The position numbers and the translations under genes are program-made. Shown piece after piece: positions 12,033 through 27,348 of a stretch of DNA of 64,000 nucleotides (positions are counted from its first letter, which is position 1; every line of letters begins with the position of its first letter). This stretch comes from Octopus sinensis (Eukaryota). Location: the NCBI RefSeq assembly GCF_006345805.1, contig NC_043005.1:248001-312000 (forward strand), written 5' to 3'. The notes beneath the pieces are model-generated. The model saw only the letters and a program-made list of their open reading frames with translations, was not told the DNA's origin and did no database searches.

Positions 12033-12900
12033 CCAGCGCTTTGTTTCTTCCCTGCCGAGGGGATGGTGAGTGCTCTTCCCCTCTGTGACCTGGTGGGGCA
12101 GAATCTACTAAGGTCATGGTTGTCTAGATAGTTACAGTCATAGCTTAATTTAAGGAGGAAGCGCAGTTCCCTCTTGTTGACTTCACGGAACTCTACTTAA
12201 CTCTCACAGATAGTCTCAATGCGTTTCTCCACAGCAAAATCTATGTCTATAGATGGGTAGAGTGAAATTACATCCACACTACCCACTACACAACCTGTCG
12301 TTGGAGTGGTTGCAACTACTGATTCTATTGAGGAGATCCTCCGGGCTCATACAGGCATCTAGGAACATTTCAGTGAGTGGTCGTAACATCTGTGAGAGGA
12401 AGTAAGATAGCCTATAATTGCTAGAGATATTCGCTCCGCAAACTGGCTGGGTTGGCGGCCCCAAAATAGGGTTTAGGTAGGGTTTATGGTCTATTCATAA
12501 CCCGACATCGTTATTGAATGCTTGGAAATTTTGTGCAGTCTTTTTCCAGGGTGAAAGTGTGTTGCACCACATTCCCATGTGTGCATTGAGGAGTTTTCCA
12601 CTCTTTCATGTTCCTGTGGTGCAACTTCTCTCATGCTATTGATGAGTTGTTGCATGGTTTGGACATAGTTCTGTGAGATGTCTATTGACAGTCTGCCAGG
12701 CTTGTCCGTAGGGAGGCACACTAATTCCCTGTTCATAATTCGCTGTTTCAGCTTTTGTAGGCCTTTGGCGACGAATGAACTGAGTTGGTGGACCACCCCC
12801 TCATTATGCTTTTAAGTGGTTTTGTTGTATCGGTCCAAGATGAATCGGAGTCTATTTCTAGCTAAAGAAATGTTTGCCTCTGTCTCGCTGTCATTCAACC
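12033..12900 (-). mobile_element. Degenerate Penelope-like reverse transcriptase fragment
   Basis: Minus-strand pieces LVCLPTDKPGRL, PVCGANISSNYRLSYFLSQMLRPL and SVDVNSLYPSIDI match the PLE RT motif order (xDK; RPIxS; SxDVxSLYPSI). Confidence 0.7.
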
Positions 12901-13216
12901 CTTGTGTTGAAGGGTAAGTCTGTGGGGTAGATCCTCGTCGTGTCGTACGATTTGGCGTTGGAGTTACAGAAGGCAGAGTCAAGGGTGCTACCGCTATCAC
13001 TACTGTTGCAGCAGTTATTGTTGTTGTTGCTGGTGTTGTGTTCATTGTCGATGTTGTTATTGATGTTGTTGCTGAGGTTGTTGTTGCTGGTGGTGTTCAT
13101 AGTGACAGGCACATAGACTGATAGATAGAGATTAGATGTGTGTATGTGTGTGCCTGTATATATATATATATACATGCAAACATATATATATATATATGTG
13201 TGCATACGCATATACG

Positions 13217-13303
<87 letters not shown>

Positions 13304-13454
13304 CACCTACACACACACATATGTATAAGTACATATATACAAACAGACAAACACAAATATATACGCACATACGTATGTACGTAATATATACATACATAAA
13401 TACATACATGCATGCATACATACATCGTAAATGCATGCATGTATACATACACAA

Positions 13455-13832
13455 ATGGGGGCTTGGGATATGTAACACACTGCCTAAATACCGATCTTGA
13501 GAAATTAGGCTTCTCAAAACCATAAGACTAAAGTTCCAATCCATCACTGGAACTGTAAAAATCTGTAAAACTTTCCAGAAGTTTATCATTTAAATATATA
13601 TGAGCATGTTTATATATGCAACTATATGCATGAGAATACACAGATAAAGCAAAACATAAAAATCTGCACATATACATACATACAAACAAAAATACCCCGT
13701 TAATGATGTTCAAATTCCAATGAAGGAGGCTTGAATCTAGGTCAGAAACCAGCTCTTTCTCTATTGGCAAGAAATATTGAAATAAAACTGAACACTGGCA
13801 TACATACATACATACATACATACATACATACA

Positions 13833-13863
<31 letters not shown>

Positions 13864-14130
13864 GCTCTGGTGTTGAAATCAGCTGCCCTCTGGACACCAA
13901 TGTGCTCAGAAAAAACATAAGAGAAAGAGGATATTTATGGACAATAGTTACGCAGGTTACACATCCAGTACCCAAGATACACTTTCAGTTTCATACGTAT
14001 TATTGTTCGAACAACAGGATTCATACTATCTCCTCTTAACTTGGGTTCTTAAAGAGAGAACGCAAATTCTTAATTCATACTCTATAAATAATCTCGATAT
14101 CCGGGGCTTAAACAATTCTGCAAGACCTTA
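13455..14130 (+). mobile_element. Two short 3' remnants of RLE-type (R4/Dong-like) LINEs
   Basis: [19 protein letters not shown]...GTVKICKTF at 13455-13592. VEISCPLDTNVLRKNIRE at 13862-14130 is homologous to 16750-17050 in this window. Confidence 0.6.
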
Positions 14131-15049
14131 GCAATTAAAGTATGATGGTTAAAACCAGATACATTCCTTCACAAACTTGCTTCTTTTATAGCTGGTTTGG
14201 TTACTGCTTGTAGCCGCGTTTCGTTATCCTTTGTGTAACGCTACATGTATATGTTTCCTATTTGGAATTAGATAATAAATATATTTTACTTTTGAAGTAG
14301 GAATATATATTGATAAACACGTCACTTATAGCTTACTTATAAGTGTTATCCTTATAGATAAATCCTGACTCCAGCTACATAAACACCATAGCGAGAAATA
14401 TATACTCTGAAACGCTAACGAACATTTTATGCGTGCATGTATGTTGAAGATAAACAAATTGGTGTTCTTTTAACTGCTATAAAAAAACAGTTTTACAATT
14501 GCAGAAATAAATTGCTTTAACTAGTTGAAGAACGTGAAGAAAGAGAAAATAATTACTACATTATTTAATTAATGTGCTTTTAGCATTTATAGTACAATTG
14601 GAAAGTAAAGTCATTTTGTCGCAAAGAATTACGACTTAAAATTCACACTAGCTAATCCTTCATACTAACTGCTAGAGTTTACAACAATTTACATAAGTCT
14701 TGTTGGATCTTTATCATAGACATGGCATAAAGAATAGCCAATATCTCAAGGAGTGAGTGTCGTGGAGTTTAGCAATATTCCTACGAACACTGAGTAATCT
14801 CCCAAAAATCAGGGTTTTTATAACTGCTCATATCCGAATTCTAAGATCCGAACCGGTATTTCGTGAAAGATTTCTTTGACGAAAGTTTAGAATTCGTATA
14901 TGGGAAGTAATTTTAACCAATGAGATTACCAACAATTAGGCTTGTTCGGGCAAACGACCATCATATCATATTGCTGCCTTTTATAACTTGCTACACGACT
15001 AAGGAGGTGGTCGGTCAAAGTTTACTTTGAATTAAAAGTGAAAAAGAAA

Positions 15050-15084
<35 letters not shown>

Positions 15085-15751
15085 TACATACACACATACA
15101 CACATACATACATAATACATACATACACACATACATACATGCATACATGCATACATACATACATAAATACATAAATACATACACACATGCGTACATACAT
15201 GCATACACACATACATACATACATACATACACACACACATACATGCACATACATACACACATACATACATACATACATACACACATACATACATACATAC
15301 ATGAACACATACATACATACATACACACATACATACATACATACATACATACATACATACATACATACACATACATACATACATACATACATACACACAT
15401 ATATACATACATACATGCATACATACACGCATACATACATACATACATACATATATACATACATACATGCATACATACATACATACATGCGTACATACAT
15501 ACATACATTCATACATACACACATACATACATACACACATGCACACATACATACACACATACATACATACATACATCCATACATACACACACACATACAT
15601 AAATGCACACATACATACATACACACATACATACATACTTACATACATGCATACATACACACATACATACATGCATACATACATACATACATATATACAT
15701 ACATACATATATACATACATACATACATACATACACACACACATACGTATA

Positions 15752-15783
<32 letters not shown>

Positions 15784-15810
15784 CACACATACATACATAC
15801 ATACATACAT
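15050..15810. repeat. (CA)n / degenerate (TACA)n microsatellite
   Basis: Directly visible. Confidence 0.97.
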
Positions 15811-16073
15811 AATCTCGGCTCTTGAGGGAAAGCTGTAAATATCTAGGTTATACTTCCCACACAAGGAAGTATTGATGCCATGTGAGGCTCGTATTGTGAC
15901 ACCGAAGCATCAGTTACAGTAGATGAAAGTGATCCGTGACCATAAGATTTGAGACCATGAAATCAATAACATGATTAGAATTGCTAATGAACTTGAGCAG
16001 AGCTATGAATTAAGGACATTAGTAAAATCTATTTATCAGAAAAGCAAAATGAAAGAATGGACATATTCGTTTT

Positions 16074-16281
16074 TACTCTAGGCACAAGGCCCGAAATTTT
16101 GAGGGAGGGAGGCCAATCGATTAGACCGACCCCACTACGCAACTGGTACTTAATTTATCGACCCCGAAAGGATGAAAGGCAAAGTCAACCTCGGCGGAAT
16201 TTGAACTCAGAACGTAAAGACAGGCGACATACCGCTAAGCATTTCGCCCGGCGTGCTAACGTTTTTACTAGCTCGCCGCCT
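16074..16281 (-). mobile_element. tRNA-derived SINE, family A
   Basis: Core TCGACCCCGAAAGGATGAAAGGCAAAGTC..CCTCGGCGGAATTTGAACTCAGAAC recurs at ~38110, 41865-42510, 50531, 53826 and 55885. B-box GAGTTCAAATTCC on the minus strand. Confidence 0.85.
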
Positions 16282-16329
16282 TAAGAATGGATATATTTAC
16301 TGAGAATGTAGTACATTTGTATTTGGCAC

Positions 16330-17105
16330 GTAAAACACAAACCATAGAAAGGATTGATCATGTCAAAAGCTCGGTATGGTGTGCCGACAAGTTTATGACA
16401 TCTCACTTTGAAGGCTGCTTCCATTGTAATTCAAGAACAAAAGATCCCCACCAAGTATCTACTGAGTAAAAGGCGGAAAGCATTGACAGACAATAAATGT
16501 GAGCTGTGCAAAACCAAGACTGAAGACATCAACCACATTATTGTCAACTGTGAGAGAATGTCTTCGTATGCGGCATGATATGATGGAGAGAAAAATCTGG
16601 AAGAAGATAAGAAAAGAAAACACCCACAGACGAAATTGACTATATTAAGGTGGATGGGTGAAAAGAATATTAGTGGAACTTATAAATTCTAACAGCCACC
16701 AACTTACAATACAATCAACCAGATATTGTCGCATGAGACCATAAAGAAAAGATATGTTCTGTTGTAGAAGTCAGCTGCACCCTGGACACCGATGTGGTTA
16801 GAAAAACACAAGAGAAAGAGGACATCTATGGATCATAGATAAGGAATTTGCAAATATAGTACCCAATACAGACTTTTAGCTTCATGCTCATTATTATTGT
16901 AATAACAGGATACACACCAACCCATCTGGAGCAAAGCATGGCTGAACTTGAGATCTCGGGGAGAGAGCGTAAATCCTGAATTCACATCCTACAAATGATC
17001 ACGACGTGTGAAACTAAATGAAATTTGCAAAATCCTTCTTAAGATTTAACAGATGACGAGCAAAACAAGATGCTTTCCGTTATTAAGAGGGTGGCCGGTC
17101 AAAAC
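16330..17105 (+). mobile_element. Degenerate R4/Dong-like LINE C-terminus (CCHC knuckle and restriction-like endonuclease)
   Basis: CELCKTKTEDINHIIVNC, RHD, NQPDIV, VVEVSCTLD motifs with multiple stops. Confidence 0.75.
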
Positions 17106-17159
17106 TTAAAAAGGGTGAAACAAAACAGACATCCATACACACAAACGCAAACGAAACAA

Positions 17160-17245
17160 ACTTACCTTCTGAGTTGCTGAACCACAACGAATTGCGAAGC
17201 TGTCTGCAAATGCGCTCAAGATGTAAAGCGCACGACTTTTATATA
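17160..17245 (-). promoter_or_regulatory. Candidate TATA promoter, ~46-nt non-coding first exon and splice donor
   Basis: Minus strand has TATAAAAG (17243-17236), a CA initiator-like GCATTT with A at 17211 (32 nt downstream), and a consensus donor AAG|GTAAGT at 17166/17165. Confidence 0.5.
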
Positions 17246-17258
17246 CGCTGTTACTGCA

Positions 17259-17293
<35 letters not shown>

Positions 17294-17394
17294 CTCCACC
17301 ACCAACAGCACTTCCAACAATACCATTAACACCACCACCACCTCTTTTACGACTACTACTACTACAACTACTACTACTACTACTGCTGCTGCTG

Positions 17395-17446
<52 letters not shown>

Positions 17447-17759
17447 CTCATTTCACACGTACACCGACACGCGGTCGTACAATGAAATACATACATGTGT
17501 AGGTGTCGGTTGTGTCTTTGCATGTTAACCATAATATGCATATATATGTATGCATGTTTGTATGTGTCTAAGCATATATATATATATATATATATACATT
17601 CCTTCTTCTTCTTCTTCTTCTTATTATTATTATTATTATTATATTTATATCAAAAATAGCAATATAATTATACTTATAGTAATAGTCACTAGACCATACA
17701 TATTATAATAGATTCTAACATATCAGAAAATTACGAAACAAGATTAAACATATATTTGT

Positions 17760-20336
17760 ATATATATATAAAACTGAGAATGTGTGTCTGTCTGTGTGCT
17801 TCCCTAAAACTTGAGAACTACACAACCAATTTCATTCAAATTTTACACATGCCTTACTTAGGGTCCATGTAGTTTCATAGGCAAAAAAATGTTCAACTTC
17901 TTGCCTAGAGCGAGCCCATAGCAATATCATATTTTCTCCACTAATAGTGATTCTGGCAAGGGTGGGGCACTGGTCCAATTAGACCAATCTAAAGCTTTTG
18001 ATAGGGTCGACCATCGTTACCTGGTATCTGCCCTGGCACAGTTCGGGCTGAGCCTTGGCTTCCTCAGGTGGATTATCCAAATGTATGATAACATCGACTC
18101 GGTAGTTCGGGTGAACGGCTTCTTGTCGAAGCCGTTCAAATCAAACGCTCGGTTCGTCAAGGGTGTCCGCTCTCCCCGCTTTTGTACGTGATGGCTCTTG
18201 AGCCATTACTGCGAAAACTGAGCGGCATCCCGAGACAGCCAGGTAATGGAAAATCAGTGTCAGCGTACGCGGATGACATCACCATCATCGTAACCGAAAT
18301 GGACCACCTATGTAAAGTAGGCAAGGCCATAGGGGTTTACGAGACGGTGACAGGAGCAAAAGTTAATCGCGAAAAGTCAGTCGGCTTGCAACTCGGCACC
18401 TGGAGAGGCAAGTCGTTGCCTCCTGACAGCGTCGTGGGACGTTGGACGGAGGGTCCGATTAAACTGCTAGGGGTCTGGTTCGGTCCAGACCTCCAAATAG
18501 AGAAGAATTGGGGCGAGGTAACGAGCAAGGTGGCTGCAGTAGCCAAGACCTGGTCTTGGCGGTGGCTATCCCTGAAAGGGAGGGCGGAGGTGGCCAATGT
18601 GTTTATCGCATCGGTTATCACCTACCGCCTTTCCGTCGTTCCTTGCCCTGATTCGTGGTTGATCAAGCTGGAAAGACAGCTCTTCTACTTCTTGTGGAAG
18701 GGCGGGAAAGCACTTGTGAAACGCTCTACTTGCTGTCAACAACCGTTAAAGGGTGGGCTAGGGATGCCTTGGCTGATGATGCGCAGACATGCGCTGAGGT
18801 TAAGACATCTGTGGCTCTACCTGGATGGTGAACGGGTGTGGTCTTCGCTAGCAAAACTGATGTTTCCCAAGTTCACTAGTTTCGGTGGATGGGAAACCTG
18901 GCTGAATCGTAGATCGAAACTTGGTACTTGGTACACGGAGTGTCGCAAGGCTCTCCTGCTATTCCGTCGCTCGGGCAACGCCTGCGGTGGGGGTTCCACC
19001 ACATTCTTCTATAGAGGGTTGGTAGAGGCGGAATGTGAAGATACCTTGGGGGAAACCCTAGGTCTCGACGATAATCAGCTGGCCAGTCTGTTCCGACGTA
19101 CGTTCGAGCCGAGGACACTGGACAACCTCCAGAAGTCTCTGGCATGGCAATGCTACAGAGGAGCTCTACCTGTTCGGGATAAACTCGCAAGGCACGGTGG
19201 CCAAGACAGTCCGATATGTCCAAGATGCGGGCGGGATAGGGAAACCGTCCCGCACGCTATTGTTCATTGTCCGGACGTGTCTGAGGTGTGGGTTTATGCC
19301 GAACACCTGTTGTCAGGTACACGAAGAGTACAGCTGTCGACTGAGTCGATTACAAAAATTGACCCACCGGATTTCCTCGTGAATGAAGGTAAGTTTCGTT
19401 TTCTCGTTGTAGTAGCAATTGCGAAAGAGGTGATATGGAAGACGAGAATGAAAGGTTTACAGTCAGGCAAGTTCATCTCCGGCCCTGGTTTGATGAATTA
19501 TTTCATCTTTCACCTGAAAAGGAAGATAGGGCTGGAGAGAATATGCCTGACTAGGAGAGTGTATGAAGAACGATGGAAGGATGTAGCACGAAGGTTGTGA
19601 GTGAAAGATACAACATAAATGTAATACCAAGCGCAACCAAAAGTATCAGTGGGGAGGCGGGGCTCGTGGAGTCCGAGCTAAACCCGCACCCACTCCACCC
19701 GTAATGTCTTCCGGTCTGTCCCATCATTCGATTTCTGTCCATTTATTGTAATTCATGAAAATTTTTAAATCCGATTTATTGTAAAAACCCACTCGTTTGT
19801 CTGACCCCATCATCAGATTGTTTTGTCCCATCTATGTTCGCCCCTTGTGGGTAATAATAAAACAACATGGAGGAAAGCACCTTCGAAAAGTGTCTTGGTG
19901 CGACTATGAAAGTTATCTAATCAGAGGCGGTAAATTCGCCACAATAGAAGCAAGGTTCGAGGGAGTACTCGACTCGAACTTGCAAAGTGGAAATGTTTTA
20001 TTTTTACCTTTATATCTGAGACGTAGGACGTCCCGGAAAAAATGTTTTAATCCCCCCCCCCCGAAGTAGAGGTAGGCTGGATTGTAGCCACACTTCTATA
20101 CAAGAGGGAGGACAAGATACAATTGATCGAAATTATAAGAGACGGGCTAACAATTCCAGTCTGTTATATATTTTGAGTATTGTTATCACTAGCGATATCA
20201 AGATATAACTTTGTATTTTGTATTTTATGTGTAGATGTATATATATAGATGTACATGTAATATGTACATATATATACATTCACATATATACATGCACTAG
20301 CACTATGACCCGGCAACGACGGGTCTTTAATGCTAG
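17760..20336 (+). mobile_element. Non-autonomous Helitron interrupted by an L1/Tx1 insertion
   Basis: 5' TATATAAAACTGAGAATGTGTGTCTGTCTG type head. The 3' end is a GACCCG-N7-CGGGTC hairpin followed by CTAG|T at 20333-20337. That both ends belong to one element is inferred. Confidence 0.55.
17945..19865 (+). mobile_element. 5'-truncated L1/Tx1-clade LINE ORF2 (RT and zf-RVT)
   Basis: LDQSKAFDRVDH, then after a frameshift SVRQGCPLSPLLY, AYADDIT, KLLGVWF and CPRCGRDRETVPHAIVHC. Open 472-aa ORF at 18182-19600 and AATAAA at ~19856. Confidence 0.92.
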
Positions 20337-20401
20337 TATATATCTATATATTCATACATATAATATATGTATACAAATATAAATGAACATAAACATATGT
20401 T

Positions 20402-21628
20402 AGGTAGTTAGTTAGTTAGTTAGTTAGTTAGTTAATTTGGCTCAAAAGCAAATAGCAAGGCCATGTAGGGGGTCATGGAGTTAAGTACAGGGTGGTGTTC
20501 ATGTAAAGAGTTCAGGCCACTTGAGGTCAAGGGAGGCTTTGAACAAAGCGGTCGTCGGCATCTTCACCATCTCGTCTGGCAGCTTGTTCCACGGATCCGC
20601 AACCCGGACGGAGAAAGCTCCTCTCCTTCGATTGAGATGAAATCGTCGCAGGTAGAGCTTTTCGGAATGACCCCGCAGCCGACGCTCTGGAGCCGGAGTG
20701 AAGAACAGCTCTTTCGAGAGGTTACACTTTCCGCTTATGATGTTGTGGGCGAGAATGAGATCACCACGGCGGCGGCGTTTTTCTAGAGAATAAAGGTCGA
20801 GCGTCCTCAGCCATTCTTCATAGGAAAAACTTTTGAGACCATGAACCATGCGGGTAGCCAGCTTGTGGACTCTTTCGAGATGCTGTATGTCTTTGAGGAG
20901 ATAAGGAGAAGAGGCTTGAATCCCGTACTCCAATATGGGTCTCACCAGCGTGACATAGAGTGGTAGGAATATGGCTGCTGTGAGCATTCCGAATGACCGT
21001 CGAATCAAGAACAGAATTCCACGTGCTTTGTTGGCAGCATGGACGCACTGGGCCGAAGGCGAAAAGGAGGAATCCACCAAGATACCTAGGTCCTTTACCT
21101 GATCGGTTCTCTCCAGTAGCAGACGACCCGGCTCGAAATCAAGTTGAGTTGCAGGAGGAGAGCAAACAGGCAGATGACAGCACTTTGACACGTTCAGACA
21201 CAGGTCCCATTCGTTAGACCACCTCTAAATTTGGTGGAGGCATCGACGAAGATCCTCTATATCACAGCGAGGAGCGACCAGTTTGACATCGTCGGCAAAT
21301 AGAAGGGTGTGTTGTGTGAGTTCGTCGGGCAAGTCATTTATGAAGACTAAGAACAATAAGGGCCCAAGCACTGAACCTTGAGGCACGCCACTGCTCGCAC
21401 TGGAGACGTCGGATCGCGAACCATTAACTTGGACTTGGAAGGAGCAATCTGAGAGGAAGGCACCAACCCATCGTACAATATCCGGATGGAAACTATATGC
21501 TTGAAGCTTGACAAGTAATAGGCGGTGGTTAACCGAGTCAAAGCTTTGGCAAAGTCCAATAAAACGATGTCAACAGCATCACTATCATCGAGGATGCGCG
21601 TCACCAATTCTTCCATTACCAGTAACAT
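20402..21628 (-). mobile_element. 5'-truncated CR1/L2-group LINE with (TAAC)n tail
   Basis: [64 protein letters not shown]. Microsatellite tail at 20402-20433. Confidence 0.92.
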
Positions 21629-21829
21629 ACAGTTAGAATATGGTTATCATTGTATACATCCTAATACAAAGAAAATCAATTGTAATATCCAAAATAAATA
21701 ATTTTTACCTTTTCGTCAAAGCTGGAGTTAAGCCATAATAATTATGCTCTATGTTATATTAATATTAAAAATGTTCAACATAATGTATTTATATATGTAT
21801 ATGGCGTATGGTATATCTACTTTATTTCA

Positions 21830-22670
21830 TCGAATTGACCATGAAGGTCGTACATAGGTAAAGGTAGCCGCGGGCTGGACAGAGACATTAACGTGTATGA
21901 AAACGACAAAGATGGAAAAAAATAATAATAATGGGAAAGGTACTGGCGCCCGCTGACCGATAACCCCGCGAAATCATTGTTCAATTTAAATCAATATAAA
22001 TCAAAATTGTAATAAAAAAATTCAAAAATTAAAATTAAAAATTACAAAAATATATTTTTCATTATTCTTCGTCTTCCTCATCCGGGCCCCCAAGTAAGTT
22101 TTCTGCCGCCTGCAGGAAAGCCTGCATCGGCAGGCTCGGACCGAGGGAAACAAAATCTTCTTTGTTACAGGTCTTCCTGGCCTCAATTAATACTTTCTGA
22201 TTTATGACCTCTGCAGCCACCTGCGGAGGCCAACTTGGATAGTCTATACAGATCGAATCATATCGCTATCGGTCTAGTAGACTGTCCAAGTATAACTCCA
22301 CAGGCCCTCCCTTGAGACAGGGAATGACAACCTCTTCCTCACAGAGAGAGGTCTCATCCTGCTCTGTCAGTGGCACAGTTCCCACTGACAGAGCCTCTCG
22401 ATCCGGTGGCACACTTCCCACCGGAGGAACATCGGGTTCGTTCGACGGCACAGCGACATCCACTGACCGTCTCCCGTTTTTCTTCCTCTTTTTTCTTCTT
22501 CTTTCGGTGCGGGAGTCGGCACATCCGAAGGGTCCTCCTCTTCTCCCGCAACATGCACGTCTCCTCGTGAGCAACCACCGTTGCTCACCTTTCTGTTTCT
22601 TCTCGTTGAGGTCGACACCCAACGACTTCCTCCGTTTCTCCCTGCAATGGAAGAGCGGAGGACTGTAAGG
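21830..22670 (-). mobile_element. Probable retroelement ORF1-like C-terminal fragment and 3' UTR
   Basis: GC-rich island with a basic RRRKKRKK tract and an acidic tail (GPDEEDEE*), broken by a stop. No diagnostic motif recognised. Confidence 0.35.
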
Positions 22671-22859
22671 GGTTCGTTGGGTGGGTATTATATGTATCAG
22701 TGTGGGTAGAATGCCTTGTTTATTATTAGTGTGAGATAGGGGAGCATTGAGGAGGGGATAATTCCTAGTGTATGGGAGGTTCTTGATGGTTCTTGTCGGT
22801 GGGGGAGGGGTGTTAGAATGATTAAAGATCCAGGTTTTGGGGTGGGTCTTGTTTGAAAG

Positions 22860-24900
<2,041 letters not shown>

Positions 24901-25029
24901 AGTTATTATTATCTGAGGGAATATTATTCCTAACTTAGAGGAAAAATTCAATTTAGAAATACTAAATCAAATTTCACAAAATATAATGTATATATATATA
25001 TATATATATTAATATATATATATATAAAT

Positions 25030-25343
25030 AAATTAAGATAAAAACACCTTTTATCGATTCAAAATGAACAATTAAATTACAACATCTAGAAAATTACATA
25101 TAATAGAAATATTAAAATTAAAATAACAATAATATACTGAATATTAAGTAAATTACAAAAAAATAATAATGATAACGTATATATTAGGTAGAATAACGAC
25201 ACGTTTTCGTGGCTATATTTAAGAAATGATTATAGAAGTAGTAAAATCACATCGATATAAATATAGCTACTCATCAGGTTAAAAATAAACAAGAATAATA
25301 AAATAATTAATTAATAAATATACTTTAAAATCTCCCTCTCTCA

Positions 25344-25404
<61 letters not shown>

Positions 25405-26566
25405 ACACTAAATATACATTAAAATTAATTAATATACACAATGTTTGTACAAACCATTAATATTGCAATCAAAATAAGAAATGGTTCAAATATAGACAAA
25501 CTCATTAAATAAGCTAACTATATAACCAACAAATAATTTTCTTCATTTTATTTAAAATATTAATATAATATATAATAGAATAGTAAAATATACTCTAATA
25601 CTATTAAATAATATCTACAATAAATAAATAAACCACATAAGATTGAATAAGTTTTAATATATACTAAAGATAAGTTAAATGTAATATATAGGTACATAAA
25701 ATTATTATAGCATTAAATTTAAATGACTATTTACTATAAATTTAAAGTCTAAATAATAAGTAGTTAAATCAAATATATATTATTATGTTGGAATTGATTT
25801 ATATTATTATAATAAATATTTAAAAATAATATAATTATTTATTTATTAGCTAAATCTATTGTAAAGGTACTTTAATTATTATTTACATTTAATTTTACGT
25901 TCGTCCAAAATTTACCAACGCATAATTGTTATTAAATAATATTTCCTTAATTTCGTTATTACAACGAGAACAATTATTACTCCCTATAGTATATGATTTA
26001 GCCCAACAAATAATATCCAAATTTAATTTATATTTAATAGATCTTGATTTAAGGTCCCAGATATATTTACTGAGACTTGTTGAATTTATAAGATTTTTAA
26101 TCCTAAAAGAATACATATATTGAGAAATTCTAGATATCATATTATTCGAAGTGGACCCTATATAAATAGTATTTAAATAGCGATTATTCAAATTCTTATC
26201 ATCTATTATAGTTACCATTCACCTATAGACTACATTATCTAATTTACAATAATTGTTAAAATTTACATATGGACTTATCCCTACACGTACAATAAATTAA
26301 ATCTTTATTATTAATATTGGAATCAATATTTAATCTATATTTATAGAATTTTTTTAATTTAAAAATATTACATGAAGAAATAATATTGCCAATATTATTA
26401 GTAGTTGAATAACCAACATCAAAAGTATCTTTAGAAAAAATATTATAATATCTTTTATTATCCCTAATAAATACTTCAATTATATTTACAATCTCTTTAA
26501 TGAGATTTTTTAACCTGAGCCAAAAAGGAATGATTAACCAAATTTTATTTTTATTTAAATCTTTTA

Positions 26567-26639
<73 letters not shown>

Positions 26640-26664
26640 CATTATAATTATTATTATTAATATT

Positions 26665-26695
<31 letters not shown>

Positions 26696-26995
26696 TATTA
26701 TCATTATCATTATAATTATTATAACTATCATTATTATAACTATAATTATTTGTGATAGTATTAAATTATTATCTTCATTAATTGAATTAAATTTTTTTTA
26801 TTTTAATTTTTATTACTATTCTTTTATTTTTTATTTTAATACTAAATTTAGGCTTTACATCATCAAAATTCCTACTATTATTAAGACGATAAATAACTAA
26901 ATAAAATTTCTCATAATTCAGATAATTAGGTTTATCATTATAAAAATCATTAAAACTATAATCTTTTAAGTTATAATTATGTTTAGAAATGTTAA
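25030..26995 (-). mobile_element. Very AT-rich Penelope-like element 3' portion (GIY-YIG endonuclease)
   Basis: CTCRDKSICKF...IYIGSTSNNMISRISQY...TSLSKYIWDLK...CSRCNNE is the PLE GIY-YIG domain with its upstream Cys motif. A hammerhead lies downstream. Confidence 0.85.
25194..25281 (-). ncRNA. Type I minimal hammerhead ribozyme
   Basis: Minus strand reads UAAC-CUGAUGA-GUAGCUAUAUUUA...UAAAUAUAGCCAC-GAAA-ACGUG-UC-GUUA. Stem I is 4 bp and stem II is 12/13 bp. The CUGAUGA, GAAA and UC core is intact. Confidence 0.8.
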
Positions 26996-27069
26996 ATATA
27001 AATATATATATATATCTGGGGAGGGGTGCCTGTCTATCTGTCTCTGTTTATCTTCACCTCTCATCGATA

Positions 27070-27268
27070 GATAACTGAAGCTGATGTGCTTACATCCCTG
27101 TCACGTAGCGGTTCGCCAAAAGAATCTGTTGGAATAAGTACTATGCTTACCAAGAATAAGTCTTGGCGTCGATTTGTTCGCCTATGTGTGGTGCCTCAGC
27201 ATGGCCGTAGTCAAGTTACTGAGAAAAGTAAAAGAATAAAAGAATATATTCACACACACACACGCACA

Positions 27269-27348
<80 letters not shown>

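Noticed and set aside
15015-15864. MYVC/HTYI ORFs here and at 31811-33198 and 39685-40424
   Set aside because: Translations of (TATG)n/(TACA)n microsatellites.
18182-19600. Intact 472-aa ORF as a host or domesticated gene
   Set aside because: It is the RT C-half and zinc finger of a 5'-truncated L1/Tx1 element, with an upstream frameshift and no proper start.
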